Source: Octopus vulgaris (taxonomy: Eukaryota). From it: DNA of 64,000 nucleotides. This document shows positions 52,363-64,000 of this stretch, piece after piece; within the stretch, counting starts at the first letter, position 1, and every line of letters begins with the position of its first letter. The stretch covers positions 11,098,001 to 11,162,000 of the forward strand of contig OX597825.1 of the NCBI GenBank assembly GCA_951406725.2, written 5' to 3'. The notes under the pieces were generated by a model that saw nothing but the letters and a program-made list of their open reading frames with translations, made no database searches and was not told the origin of the DNA. The position numbers were made by a program, and so were the translations under genes.

Positions 52363-52656
52363 TTAAGGATACCTTCCTTCCTTCCTTCTGCGTACAAGTC
52401 ATGGAGGCTCTGTGAACTGTCATTGATGCTGTCTTTTCTTCTGATTAATAGATAAAAGAAAAGATAAATAATATTTAATTTAATTCTAAGCTTTGCTTCT
52501 CCAATTTGAATTTTGTTTCCAACTCTTTGAAAAGTTCAGCTCTGGGAACTAGCTCATCAACATGTAGAAAGTCCTGCAGACAACTGGTCATAAACTCCCC
52601 TGCTATGGCCTGTAAGGTTGAGATCTGAGACCTGTTGGTTATCTATCTGCATTTAT

Positions 52657-52816
52657 CATCATCATCATCATCGTTTAACTTCCGCTTTCCATGCTAGCAT
52701 GGGTTGGACGATTTTGACTGAGAGCTGGCGAACCAGATGGCTGCACCAGGCTTCAGTCTTGATTTGGCAGAGTTTCTACAGCTGGAGGCCCTTCCTAACG
52801 CCAACCACTCTGAGAG
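52657..52816 (-). mobile_element. Family C 3' fragment
   Basis: (CAT)n tail and core. Confidence 0.88.
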
Positions 52817-53180
52817 TATATGTTTTTTTGTGCACACACACACACACACATGCATGCACATGCATGTGCACGTGCACGCACGCACACACACAGTCAGCCA
52901 TCACTCATGAGTATGTATGTCTTGGTGACATGGACCCAATTAAATGTCACCAATTCTTTTAGGTGTTTATGTATTTGAGCCAAGAGCCCTTCCCCTGCCA
53001 CTTCTCCTTGATCCAGCAAAACATCCAAGATGTGGCAGCTGGAAGAAGGGTGAGAGTGAGCTGCATCAGCACATGGCTAGTACTCACTATAGCTGTGTAG
53101 ACTGAAGCAATATGAAATGAAGTACCTTGCTCAAGAACACAACATGCCACCCTTATGATCATTAGCTGAACACTCTAACC

Positions 53181-53621
53181 CAGTGTTTCCCAAACTTTTC
53201 ATGCCAAATTGCAATATCGCCCACCTATCGGCCAAAAAATGCTCCATTGCCCACTTATGTATAAAAAGAACTCTGACACAACCCCACCCAACTCAAAATC
53301 CCCTAGGATCCCCCCCTATCATATGACACGCATATGACAAATTTTAAACTTTGGCACATTAATGTACTTTTCCAAGCTAAATTGCTGGAGTTATTCGACT
53401 TTTTCCAGAAAAATGTTTTTAAAAAAGTTATAGAGGTTTAAACTTTGATCATTTTCACCCAGTCAAGAAACACGATTTCAACGCTGACTCAATTTCTAAA
53501 AATTCATTGTCACCCACAAAATGCTCATATCACCCACCAGAATCTCAAATCACCCACTATTTTCTAGAAATTAGCCCATCGCCCACCTGTAAGTTGAAAT
53601 CGCCCACTTTGGGAAGCTATA
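53181..53621. mobile_element. hAT (Charlie-like) MITE
   Basis: 8-bp TSD ctctaacc; cagtgtttcccaaa / tttgggaagctata ends. Confidence 0.8.
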
Positions 53622-54461
53622 CTCTAACCTCTAGAGTATTTTTCTTCCTTTCTTCTTTTCTGCTAGACCCCCTCCTTAAATGCAGGTGAACAATTTCAAA
53701 CTTCCATGAAAAAAAATCAACAAATTCAAATGTTGACAACTAAGACAAATATTTTCTGAATATGAAAGCAGTTTGAGACAAATTAGTTGTGTCATTATAA
53801 AGCACAGTTTAATTATTTTGGGTCACAAATTCATTTGCATATACAATATATTCTTAAATAAACATGGCATTTAATAGAATAAAATAGTAAGAAAAATATG
53901 TGATTTCCTGGGAAATAGCTTTAATGGTGCCGCCAGTATTTCCATGCATAGTTTGTATGACACAGATAATAGTTAGCAGGTGTGTTCTTGTAAAAATGCC
54001 AACAGATAATCTTTCTTAACCATGTAATAAGGACTTGCTTTTGCAATTGTACAGATTATAAATAAATGGGGAAATAGCAAGTGGTGAATTCCCTGGATTC
54101 TAGAGAATCCACAGGTTTTAAAAAATCATGTCTTTTAGCAGCTAAAAAGACAAAAACACTACAGCTCTTGATTTCTGTGTAAATATTAAAGAATGCTTTA
54201 TTGTAGATTTGTTACTTTGCATTCAGATTTCAAATACCACCCACATGGTTCATCTTTGCCTTTAAATAATTAAGTACTACTAATACTGTGGAGTCAATTC
54301 ATTTAACCATGCTTCTCCCTTTCCTCCATAGATTATCCTTGCGCCTGGTCAACAGAAATCAATTTACCTTATCAATAGTTTCTTATTGAAACTTAAAACC
54401 CGTTTATAAAAAAAAAAATACAAAGAGACCGAGAGAGGGAAGGAGGGGGATATGCGCATAT

Positions 54462-54523
<62 letters not shown>

Positions 54524-55507
54524 CTGAGTGCTTATGGGACATTGCAAGACCAACAGTCAGTCATGCTTCCTATGTGTTGTTTTTTCCCCACAAAGGAAGA
54601 CTGCTGTCAGTCAACTTAAATATGACAACATCTATCAACAATAGGTGGGTGTGCCACTGGCTGCTGACTCAGCCTGGGATGTTTCTGTTTTAGGTGTTAA
54701 TTTATTGAGGTTGAAAAGCAGTATTTGTTTTCTTTAGCCATTCAGTACAAATACACTATTACTTTCTTTTCCTGTCCTTACTATTATTATAAAAATAAAA
54801 AAGCCTGCTTGCTTTGTCTTCAGTGTTATCAATCTTCTCTTAAACTAATTATTCCTTTGAGAGGTGACAAGATTGTAATTTCTTTTGATTTCATTGGAAA
54901 AGCCAAATATTAAGTAGAGTTAATTTTTCCCCAACCAATGGGTGACTGGGGTGGCTGTACCACAGCAAAAAAACTTAAACCATCTAGTTTTGTCCATTTA
55001 GATTTGAGTTCAGATTTCATGTTGACTCCAATGACTATCAATAAAATAAATGCCAGTGATATCATGAAACACTGTGCACTCATTTATCCCCAGCTTCATG
55101 ATTTATCAAAAAAAAATCAATGTTTTATCAACAAAGGTAAATGCTGTTGAGTAAGAGGTAAGTCACTAGTGAGCCACTCAGTTTACTATTACTACATAAC
55201 TAATACTCTTGGGAAAGGCTTAACTTTTACATCATTCCATTCTCTTCCTCTATAAATACTATGTTTGAAAACTATGAAATATAACCGTTGAAGCAAACTT
55301 TATTTTTATTTTTTTTATTCCATAGATATATAAATTGGTATGTGATATTTCTAATTTTCTGAACATTATTGAAATTATTTATACTATAAATAATTTCAAT
55401 AATGTTCAAAGCAATCAAAGCATTCTAAGCTAAAGAGATGAATGGATTTGGTACTTTGTAAAACAAATTATTATTACTTGTAGTTTTTTTTTTTTTTACT
55501 TTTGAAG

Positions 55508-55901
55508 TTTTCAACCACATGGTTCCAGGTTCAGTCTCACTGCATGGCACCTTGGGCAAGTGTCTTCTACTATAGCCTCGGGACGACCAAAGCCTTGTGA
55601 GTGGATTTGGTAGATGGAAACTGAAACAAGCCCATTGTATATATGTTCATATATATAAATATATATATATATATGTGTGCGTGTGCGCGTGTATGTTTGT
55701 GTGTCTGTGTTTTTCCCCCTAGCATTGCTTGACAACCGATGCTGGTGTGTTTATGTCCCCGTTACTTAGTGGTTCAGCAAAAGAGACCGATAGAATAAGT
55801 AGTGGGCTTACAAAAGATTAAGTCCCGGGGTCGAGTTGCTCGACTAAAGGCGGTGCTCCAGCATGGCCGCAGTCAAATGACTGAAACAAGTAAAAGAGAG
55901 A
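55508..55901 (+). mobile_element. Family B CORE-like SINE with CR1-type tail, 5'-clipped
   Basis: Colinear with 60007-60432. Confidence 0.9.
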
Positions 55902-56527
55902 GTATATGTGAAACTATATAAAATGAGTTACCATTTTTTTTTATATTGAAAGAACTTGCTTTTGAATCTTTGCAACAACCATGTCTTTGGACAGTGTTAA
56001 TAGTCTTGCTTGTTTCTGCTTGCCTAGTTGTTTGCATGTTTTTCAACTGAATAATTAGCACAAAGAACATCATCCAAATTTGAAAATAACTTTCCCCTAC
56101 AGAGAGCAAATGTACATTTTCAGCAAAAAAATAATCCCTAAGAAAGGTAGCATGGAATAACAGTTAAAGGACAGATTTTATCTAAAGTGGTCAGAGAGAG
56201 AGACAGAGAGAGGGTAAGAATTAGTTCTTCAGGCCTTTAGTTTTATTTGCAGTAAATAGCTGTTGTAAGACTTCTCAGGGGTTACCAGTTAATTTTGTCT
56301 AGTATTTCTGGGAGCACCTGTTTGCTTCCTGAAATAATGGGTCTGCAACTAAAATGTTCCCCATAAGTAAAGTTTTGGGTTTTTGTTTAATAGAAATCCA
56401 GCAGTTGATTGCTAGTCTCTCCTTTTCATGACCCTAACATCAAAGAAAAAGGGTTAATAGAGCCTGACGCCTATGAATGATATTGCAAGTATTCCCTTCA
56501 GAATAGAAAGAGTTGGAACAAATATCA

Positions 56528-56760
56528 ATTTCTTTACTACCCACAAGGGGCTAAACACAGAAGGGACAAACAAGGAAAGACAAACGGATTAAGTCGATTA
56601 TATCGACCCCAGTGTGTAACTGGTACTTATTTAATCAACCCCGAAAGGATGAAAAGCAAAGTCGACCTCAGTGGAATTTGAACTCAGAATGTAACGGCAG
56701 ATGAAATACGGCTATGCATTTCGCCCGGCATGCTAACGATTCTGCCAGCTCTCTGCCTTT
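56528..56760 (-). mobile_element. Meta-domain SINE (A1) with 16-bp TSD
   Basis: gttggaacaaatatca at 56512-56527 and 56761-56776. Confidence 0.93.
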
Positions 56761-57539
56761 GTTGGAACAAATATCATAAAACATTTTGTTACATACTCTA
56801 ACAATTCTATCAGTCTACTTCCCAATAAATAAATTACCCGTAATGTCTTTATGGAGAAGAGAATAAAAATGGTGGTTGATCTCAGCTAGAGTTGAACTTA
56901 TAATACAGAAAGCCAGAACAAATACCAAAAGGTATACTATCCAAAATTCTAGTCCCTCAACCAATTTACTATTTTCTTGTCTTGTAGAGCTAAAATTAAT
57001 ACACTTTCTATGTGTGTATTGCAAACTCAGATGTGAATATTGTTACATAATCAACATTGTCAATATCAAATATTTCTAACTTTCTAATAATGAGTCATAT
57101 TTATTTGAAGATATTTGTTTTACAAATATGATTGGTTTGACTTTTAATTAATTTATATAAAAAAAGAAATTTTTTAAAAGGGCTATCATTTCATAAAAGC
57201 TGAAATGAATTCAAGAAGGAAATATTTTGGAGTGTAGTGGAATCATGTTATTAATGCTGTATCAGGTCTGAAGTGACTATGTCTGATTTACAAAAACAGT
57301 GTAGGAAGGAATTCAATACACTTCTTCCTGATATTAATTATTGGGGTTCAACAGATACAGTAAGTTTGAACAGAAGTTGACAAAAATGCTTCTATATGCA
57401 ACTGATGTATAAGATAGTTACCTGTAAGAACACCTGTAAAATGAATACTACCAAATGCTTGAAAAGCTCCCTCAAAGTAGTTGGTGATTTCTGTTCAGTG
57501 GAGGTGTGTGATATAAAATCATTGTATCCAGATGAAGGA

Positions 57540-57852
57540 TCATCATCATCATCATCGTTTAACGTCCGTTCTCCATGCTAGCATGGGTTGGACGGATCGA
57601 CCGGGGAGCTGGGAAGCCAGAAGGCTGCACCAGGCTCCAGTCTGATCTGGCAGTGTTTCTACAGCTGGATACCCTTCCTAACGCCAACCACTCCGCGAGT
57701 GTAGTGGGTGCTATTTACGTGCCTCCTGCACAGGTGCCAGGTGAGGCTGGCAATGGCCATGATTAGATTGGTGCATTTTACATGCCACTGGCACAGAAGC
57801 CAGTCTAGGCGGCGCTGGAATCAGCCACGTTCAGATGGTGCATTTTACGTGT
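57540..57852 (-). mobile_element. Family C element
   Basis: (CAT)n tail, core, units. Confidence 0.9.
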
Positions 57853-58270
57853 TGAGAAAATTCAAACAATTATTGGGATCAGTTTTGACAAGAAAAGGAT
57901 TATTCTGGTGAAGAGCAGATTGTATCAGGCTTGTGTGTAAAATGCAATGTTGCATAGTAGCAGAAATAAAGGCATTGAAAGCAGAATATGTGCAGAGACT
58001 GAATAAAAATTTAAATGAAGATGAATGACTGGGTACATGGGTGCTGAGGGAAAAACCTGGGTATAAGAGGAATTGGTTTAGTGTACAGGAGAAGGGATTA
58101 CACTGGTATGGGCATGTGATGTGTTTAAAGTTGGGTAAAGAAGTATCAAACAGTTGGAGTGGATGGAACTTATAAAAGAAGATGTAGGAAAAAGTGATGG
58201 AGACTAATGATCCTAGAATACTGAATTCAGAAAGATGATGAAAGATTACATTAATGGTGAGACAATACCT
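57853..58270 (+). mobile_element. RTE LINE 3' fragment
   Basis: LREKPGYK and GLHWYGHVM motifs. Confidence 0.65.
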
Positions 58271-59239
58271 GTAGTAAATACATCTAATATTTGCAAGCAT
58301 GTACAAAAAAAATGAATATAAAATAATCATGAATCTTTTTTCATTCTCATAAAAAAAGTTTTTTTCTTTTCTTCCACAAAGATGTTTTGTGGCGAATAGA
58401 GAAGGCAGAGTTTTGCTCCTTTCAATTTTAATGTATGTATAAAGCTGCAATTTTTGGAAGAATGATAAGATGATTAAGTCATTTCTATTGCTTGGCTAGA
58501 ACTATAGTTAACGACTTCAGAAAGGTGAAAGGAAAAGTTGACCTTGATGGGATTTGAACTCAGAATGTAAAAAAGCTGTAACTAAATACCACAAGACCCT
58601 AATGATTCTGTCAATTCACTGCCTGGTGGCGGATTAGCATGAGGGAGTGGATTACAATAGTAATCAATAAGCATTACTATTAACATCATCATCATCAACA
58701 ACATCCTTGCAGTGTTGGTTTCTCTCGAATTTCATCATCTCAGCATTTGGGTACAACTGCCAACCTTTCAATGTATAAAACACTAAAATATTTACCATTT
58801 TGCATTGCAACCTAGAATTTTAAATGATTAGTTTTGTAATGTATCTTCAACAAACTGATATTTCCTTTCCTTCTTTCCTTTGCTAACGACCTACCTGCCT
58901 ATCTAGTTACCTGCTTACCTTCCTATTTACTTGCCTGCTATCAATGTACTTGGCTGCCTATTTAAGTGCCAAGTCTATAGTTATGTGCATGCAGGCAGAA
59001 GGAAATCTTAGTAAATTTGTCCTTTGTTGATTATGTCTATACTTATTTCAGATTTATTCTTGACTACAGCACTTTCATTCCTTATCAGACGTTGTTTGCT
59101 AGCTTTCCTTAGCTTTATTTGAGTAGACCTATGTATAATACAGAACAAAATGATCAAAACCCTCTGGTTTAACACAATCAGTCCTTATAACCGTCTTTCA
59201 TATTGGAACACGTATGTATTAATATAAGACAGAATATGT

Positions 59240-59390
59240 TTTACTTTGAGTTCAAATTATTCCAAGGTTGACTTTGCCTTTCATCTTTTCGGGGTCGATA
59301 AAATAAATACCAGTTGAGCAGTGGGCTTGATCTAATCAAATTCTCTCCTCCCCTGAAATTGTTGGCCCTGGACCAAAATTTGAAACCAAT
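59240..59390 (+). mobile_element. Meta-domain SINE (A2) fragment
   Basis: B box and Meta domain. Confidence 0.8.
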
Positions 59391-59506
59391 ATATGAGTCC
59401 CTTTGTTGGTTTTAAGAAAAAATCTAGGAGGCTGTTGAGGATTGAGAGAGATTGCCATCATTTCTGGGATAATTGGATTATCATCATCATTATCATCATT
59501 CATTAA

Positions 59507-59667
59507 CATCATCATCATCATCATCATCATCGTTTAACGTCCGCTTTCCATGCTAGCATGGGTTGGATGGTTCAACTGGGGTCTGGGAAGCCAGAAGGCT
59601 GCACCAGGCCCAGTCTGATCTGGCAGTGTTTCTACAGCTGGATGCCCTTCCTAACGCTAACCACTCC
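59507..59667 (-). mobile_element. Family C 3' fragment
   Basis: (CAT)n tail and core. Confidence 0.9.
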
Positions 59668-59784
59668 TTTCTCTCTCATATTTATCTAAAAACCTTCAAT
59701 CATTTTAATTATAGTTAGATTATTTCCTAAAACAATTTTCATGTCAAGAGTTGTAGAAGTTGTATTGTCTCAAAGCAAGTTTAT

Positions 59785-60000
59785 ATGTTTCAGTCATTAG
59801 ACTGCAGCCATGCTGGAGCAATGCCTTGATGAATATTTAGTCAAATAAATCAACCCCAGTACTATTTTTTTTAAAAACTGGTACTTATTCAATTGGCTCT
59901 CTTTTGTCGAGCTGCTATGTTACAGGGACATAAACACACCAACACCTGATATCAAACAGTGGTAGGAGACAAACACAGACAAAAATATACACATTGATAT
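59785..60000 (-). mobile_element. Older family B 3' half
   Basis: tgtttcagtcattagactgcagccatgctggagca tail in reverse. Confidence 0.8.
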
Positions 60001-60006
60001 ATATAT

Positions 60007-60432
60007 ATAGGCGCAGGAGTGGCTGTGTGGTAAGTAGCTTGCTTACCAACCACATGGTTCCGGGTTCAGTCCCACTGCGTGGCACCTTGGGCAAGTGTCT
60101 TCTACTATAGCCTCGGGCCGACCAAAGCCTTGTGAGTGGATTTGGTAGACAGAAACTGAGAGAAGCCCGTCGTATGTATTTATATGTGTATATAATATAT
60201 ATTTGTGTATGTGTGTGTATATGTTTGTGTGTCTGTGTGTCCCCCAACATCGCTTGACAACCGATGCTGGTGTGTTTATGTCCCCGTAACTTAGCGGTTC
60301 GGCAAAAGAGACCGATAGCATAAGTACTGGGCTTACAAAAGAATAAGTCCCGGGATCGATTTGTTCGATTAAAGGCGGTGCTCCAGCATGGCCGCAGTCA
60401 AATGACTGAAACAAATAAAAGAGTAAAAGAGT
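60007..60432 (+). mobile_element. Full-length CORE-like tRNA SINE (family B; resembles octopus OR-type SINEs) with CR1-type tail
   Basis: A box tggctgtgtgg, B box gggttcagtcc, CORE-like caccttgggcaagtg, internal microsatellite, tail ggcggtgctccagcatggccgcagtc..(taaaagag)n. Confidence 0.92.
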
Positions 60433-60924
60433 ATATATATATATGATGGGCTTTTTAGCTATTCTATAACAAATTATAGAATAGCTAAAAAATTTTTTTC
60501 AAAAGCTCAACCATCTCTAAGCCCATATGTATCAAAGGTTGGGATAATGATTGGCGAAAGTGAAAGCCAGTAAATTTCCTATGGAAAATCCCCAGCAAAA
60601 GGAAATGTTTTTGTGAAGACGTAAACACTGTCTACTCCATGTTTACCTAAATGAAATATGCTTGTATTTTTTATTAATGAGAATGCAGAATTAAGGCTGA
60701 AAATTTATTATTTTAAAGTTATCTGTTAGTAAATGCAGATTTTGTCCTGTATTTTATAAATATTGATTTGTTCTCTTTCTGGGTGTGAACGAAGAAGCAA
60801 TAGAGAAACTATTGGGTCTTAAAACATTAAGCTTCAATTTAAGATTCTTAAAGCTTACAAAACATTGCTATTTTATGTACTGATAATAATTCAAGTTATT
60901 GTTGAAAATCTCTGCAGTGTAAAA

Positions 60925-61105
60925 ATCCGTTCTACTATAGGCACGAGGCCTGAAATTCTTGGGGGAGGAGGATTAGTCAATTACATCGACCCCAGGGCTC
61001 AACTGGTACTTATTACATCGATCCCAGAAGGATGAGAGGCAAAGTCGACCTTGGCGGAATTTGAACTCAGAACGTAAAAACGGACGAAATGCCACTTCAC
61101 ATTTT
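60925..61105 (-). mobile_element. Meta-domain SINE (A2)
   Basis: Reverse-complement Meta domain and B box. Confidence 0.85.
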
Positions 61106-61692
61106 GTTCGATTCAAGCAAAGCTACATGTTGTTTCCTACACTATTTAATATTGTCTCTGTTTATGTGACCACTGTGATGTAGAAATATGAAAAGAATTG
61201 TGAGAGTCCCTATTTAAATTCTGCCCTGTTTGGAACCTTTCCATCATCAGAATGTTGCCTTATAAATATGCTACGATAGCTCAGCTCACTCACTAAAAGC
61301 TCCCTGAGCTATCATCTCGGCAGCTGTTACAGCTTACAAAAGAATGGGATTAACTTGATAGCAGAAAACCGAAGTTGACTGTCAGTAGCGCAGTTAGATC
61401 TACCTCTCCCTTCCCTACACTCTCAATACAGTAGCACTGACTAATTACCTCTTCCAACTTGGATACCCTTGCAGCAAATTTTTTACTGACTGGGTGAGGA
61501 GGTTATAAATTGTATCAGAGAGGTCTTTATATATTTTAGAGAGATTAAAAAAAGAAAAAAAAAAAAAAAACGAGTCTTACTACACAATCATCTCACCCTC
61601 CATACCAAAGTTTCAGCTACCCAGAATTTTGTGTTTCCATTGCGAATATAAAGCAGACACATCAACTTTCTGAAGTTCTTTAAGGTCCAATG

Positions 61693-62060
61693 TCTCTTTT
61701 ACTGTTTTACTTGTTTCAGTCATTTGACTGCGGCCATGCTGGAGCACCGCCTTTAGTCGAGCAAATCGACCCCGGGACTTATTCTTTGTAAGACCAGTAC
61801 TTATTCTATCGGTCTTCTTTTGCCGAACCGCTAAGTAACGGGGACATAAACACACCAGCATCGGTTGTCACACAAACGCATATATATACATATATACGAC
61901 GGGCTTCTTTCAGTTTCCGTCTACCAAATCCACTCACAAGGCATTGGTCGGCCTGGGGCTATAGCAGAAGACACTTGCCCAAGATGCCACGCAGTGGGAC
62001 TGAACCCGGAACCATGTGGTTGGTTAGCAAGCTACTTACCACACAGCCACTCCTGCGCCC
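61693..62060 (-). mobile_element. Family B SINE, near full length
   Basis: Reverse complement of the 60007 copy with a small internal deletion. Confidence 0.92.
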
Positions 62061-62931
62061 GGTATGTTGACCAAAGAAGTAATTCAAAGGTTAGTTGAAG
62101 GCCCCGTGAAAAGGAACAACAGTCAATTAAGAGAGAAAAACGTCACTACCTTCTGTTCTCAATGATGTTTTTAATGTTTAGGGTGAGGATTGAAGAATTG
62201 AGATGTGGGAGAGAAACACACTCAAAACTAGCAAAAGTGAAAGATGTATATCAAGGCTTGAAATATACAGTAAATAAAGATTCCTAAGTGAAAGAATAAG
62301 TCATCATTTAATGTGGTGGACAATCGTATAAGCAAGATGACTAATAAAATGTGTGGATTTAACTGTATTGATTACACACACTATTATACATTATATATAC
62401 GTTTGACTGTATGTCTACAAAAATTGTGGATGGGTGTATACATGTATATTTCAGCACTTTTTTTAGAAGTGGGGGATAATTGTGTTGTTACACTTAATTT
62501 AATTAGAAATAGCCCTAAAGATTTGGTTTCATATAAAAAGGTTCTTCTTTTGCCTCTACTTCACTGATTACAGGTGTATACATGTATATCTATGTGTTTA
62601 TATATATATGTCCTCCTGGCTTTTACAATAGTTTATACATGTATTAATGTCTGAAAGCATTAAGATTAATGGTATAGAAATTGAGAGTAAAGTTTTGTGA
62701 AAATATTTCAGTAAAAGGAATAGATTATTTTCTTGTATCAAACCAATTTGTTATCCATACAACATTAAAGTTTACAGTCTCTGTGTTTCTTCAATTTTTT
62801 GTAAACTGTTCATTGTAGTGAAAAAATATTTTGACCAATGTTCTCTTAAACATGAACCCTTTTGCCTAAAACTACTTGCAGTACATTTCTTAAAATAGGA
62901 AAAATAGTTCCTCTCCTTAGGCTCAACAGAT

Positions 62932-63188
62932 TCATCATCATCATCATCGTTTAATGTCTGTTCTCCATGCTAGCATGGGTTGGATGGTTCGACCGGGGAT
63001 CTGGGAAGCCAGAAGGCTGCACCAGGCTCCGGTCTTATCTGGCAATGTTTCTACAGCTGGATGCCCTTCCTAACGCCAACCACTCCGTGAGTGTAGTGGG
63101 TGCTTTTTACGTGCCATCTGCACTGGAGCCAGGTGAGGCTGGCATCGGCCACGGTCGGATTGGTGCATTTTACGTTCCACCTGCATGG
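62932..63188 (-). mobile_element. Family C element
   Basis: (CAT)n tail, core, two units. Confidence 0.9.
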
Positions 63189-63382
63189 AGATTATAGAAA
63201 ATAATGCATGTGTGTAGGACCAAACACATAGATACAAAAACAGACAAACATCCAAAACTTAAACTCACAAACAAAATCATATACTCACATACATAGTGAA
63301 TGGATGTGCGCAAATATGCAGATAAAACATGATAACAGGCACACATACATACACAGAAGACTGAGACAAACATACTCTAAAG

Positions 63383-63562
63383 CAGTGATTCCCAAACTTT
63401 TTAGAGTCACGACCCACTATTTATCACACCAGTTTATGATGACCCACTTAACTCTACTGAACTATCTTGATAGACAGCAGTTAATCAAAGCTAATGCGTA
63501 ATTTTATAACTTTTTGTGAACCACTAAGATTCCGTTTGTGACTCATAGTTTGGGAACCACTG
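63383..63562. mobile_element. hAT (Charlie-like) MITE, 180 bp
   Basis: TSD ctctaaag; TIR cagtgattcccaaact / agtttgggaaccactg. Confidence 0.9.
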
Positions 63563-63754
63563 CTCTAAAGAATATAGCGTGTTTTTTTTTGCGGGGATAA
63601 ACACTATCTTAGCATACAATTAAATTGTAAATGAATTTTAAAGACAGGAAAATGATAGTCTCAGATTTAAAGAGATCTTTGTCATTTCCTTTTACAGCAG
63701 GTCCTTGAAATGCAAGTAAAATTCTAACAAAAAAACGATGTATTTATTACAAAT

Positions 63755-64000
63755 AATCCTTTCTACTAAAGACACAAGGTCTGAAATTTGGGGGGAGGAG
63801 CTAGTCTATTACATCAACCCAGTGTGTAACTGGTACTTATTTTATTGACCATGAAAGGATAAAAGACAAAAGGATAAAATACCATGAAACATTTTGCCTG
63901 GCGTGGCACTCATGCCGGTGGCATGTAAAAAGCACCATCCGTTCGTGGCCGTTGCCAGCCTCGCCTGGCCCCTGTGCCGGTGGCACATAAAAAGCACCAT
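63755..64000. mobile_element. Decayed family A2 SINE (minus) followed by family C units (plus) running off the window end
   Basis: Meta domain reverse complement to ~63900; gccggtggca..taaaaagcacc units after. Confidence 0.8.

Noticed and set aside
57845-58450. 201-aa minus-strand ORF
   Set aside because: Antisense to a decayed RTE fragment; no protein motif

Overview
AT-rich, repeat-saturated eukaryotic DNA. The SINE repertoire and dense TA/TG/CAT microsatellites point to a cephalopod, probably Octopus (inference from remembered repeat families, not a database hit). I found no intact host protein-coding gene. The long ORFs are microsatellite read-throughs or decayed transposon remnants: three mariner fragments, CR1-group and RTE LINEs, and a Penelope-like RT. 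Non-autonomous elements include four SINE-type families (Meta-domain, CORE-like, a second tRNA-head family, and an RTE-tailed family with a tandem 63-67 bp internal unit), five Helitrons, and piggyBac, hAT and Merlin-like MITEs. A CpG-retaining stretch at about 31.2-34.4 kb may be a promoter with a non-coding first exon. Most interesting observations: (1) a ~200-bp TSD-flanked element at 46.3-46.5 kb carrying a minimal type-I hammerhead ribozyme fold with a compensatory G3-C8 core swap; (2) a CR1-group LINE with twin-priming-type inversion geometry at 41.7-43.9 kb; (3) a tandemly amplified, pseudoknot-capable RNA unit in the RTE-tailed family; (4) LINE-SINE tail sharing and SINE tail swapping visible within the window. 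Boundaries of decayed elements are approximate.
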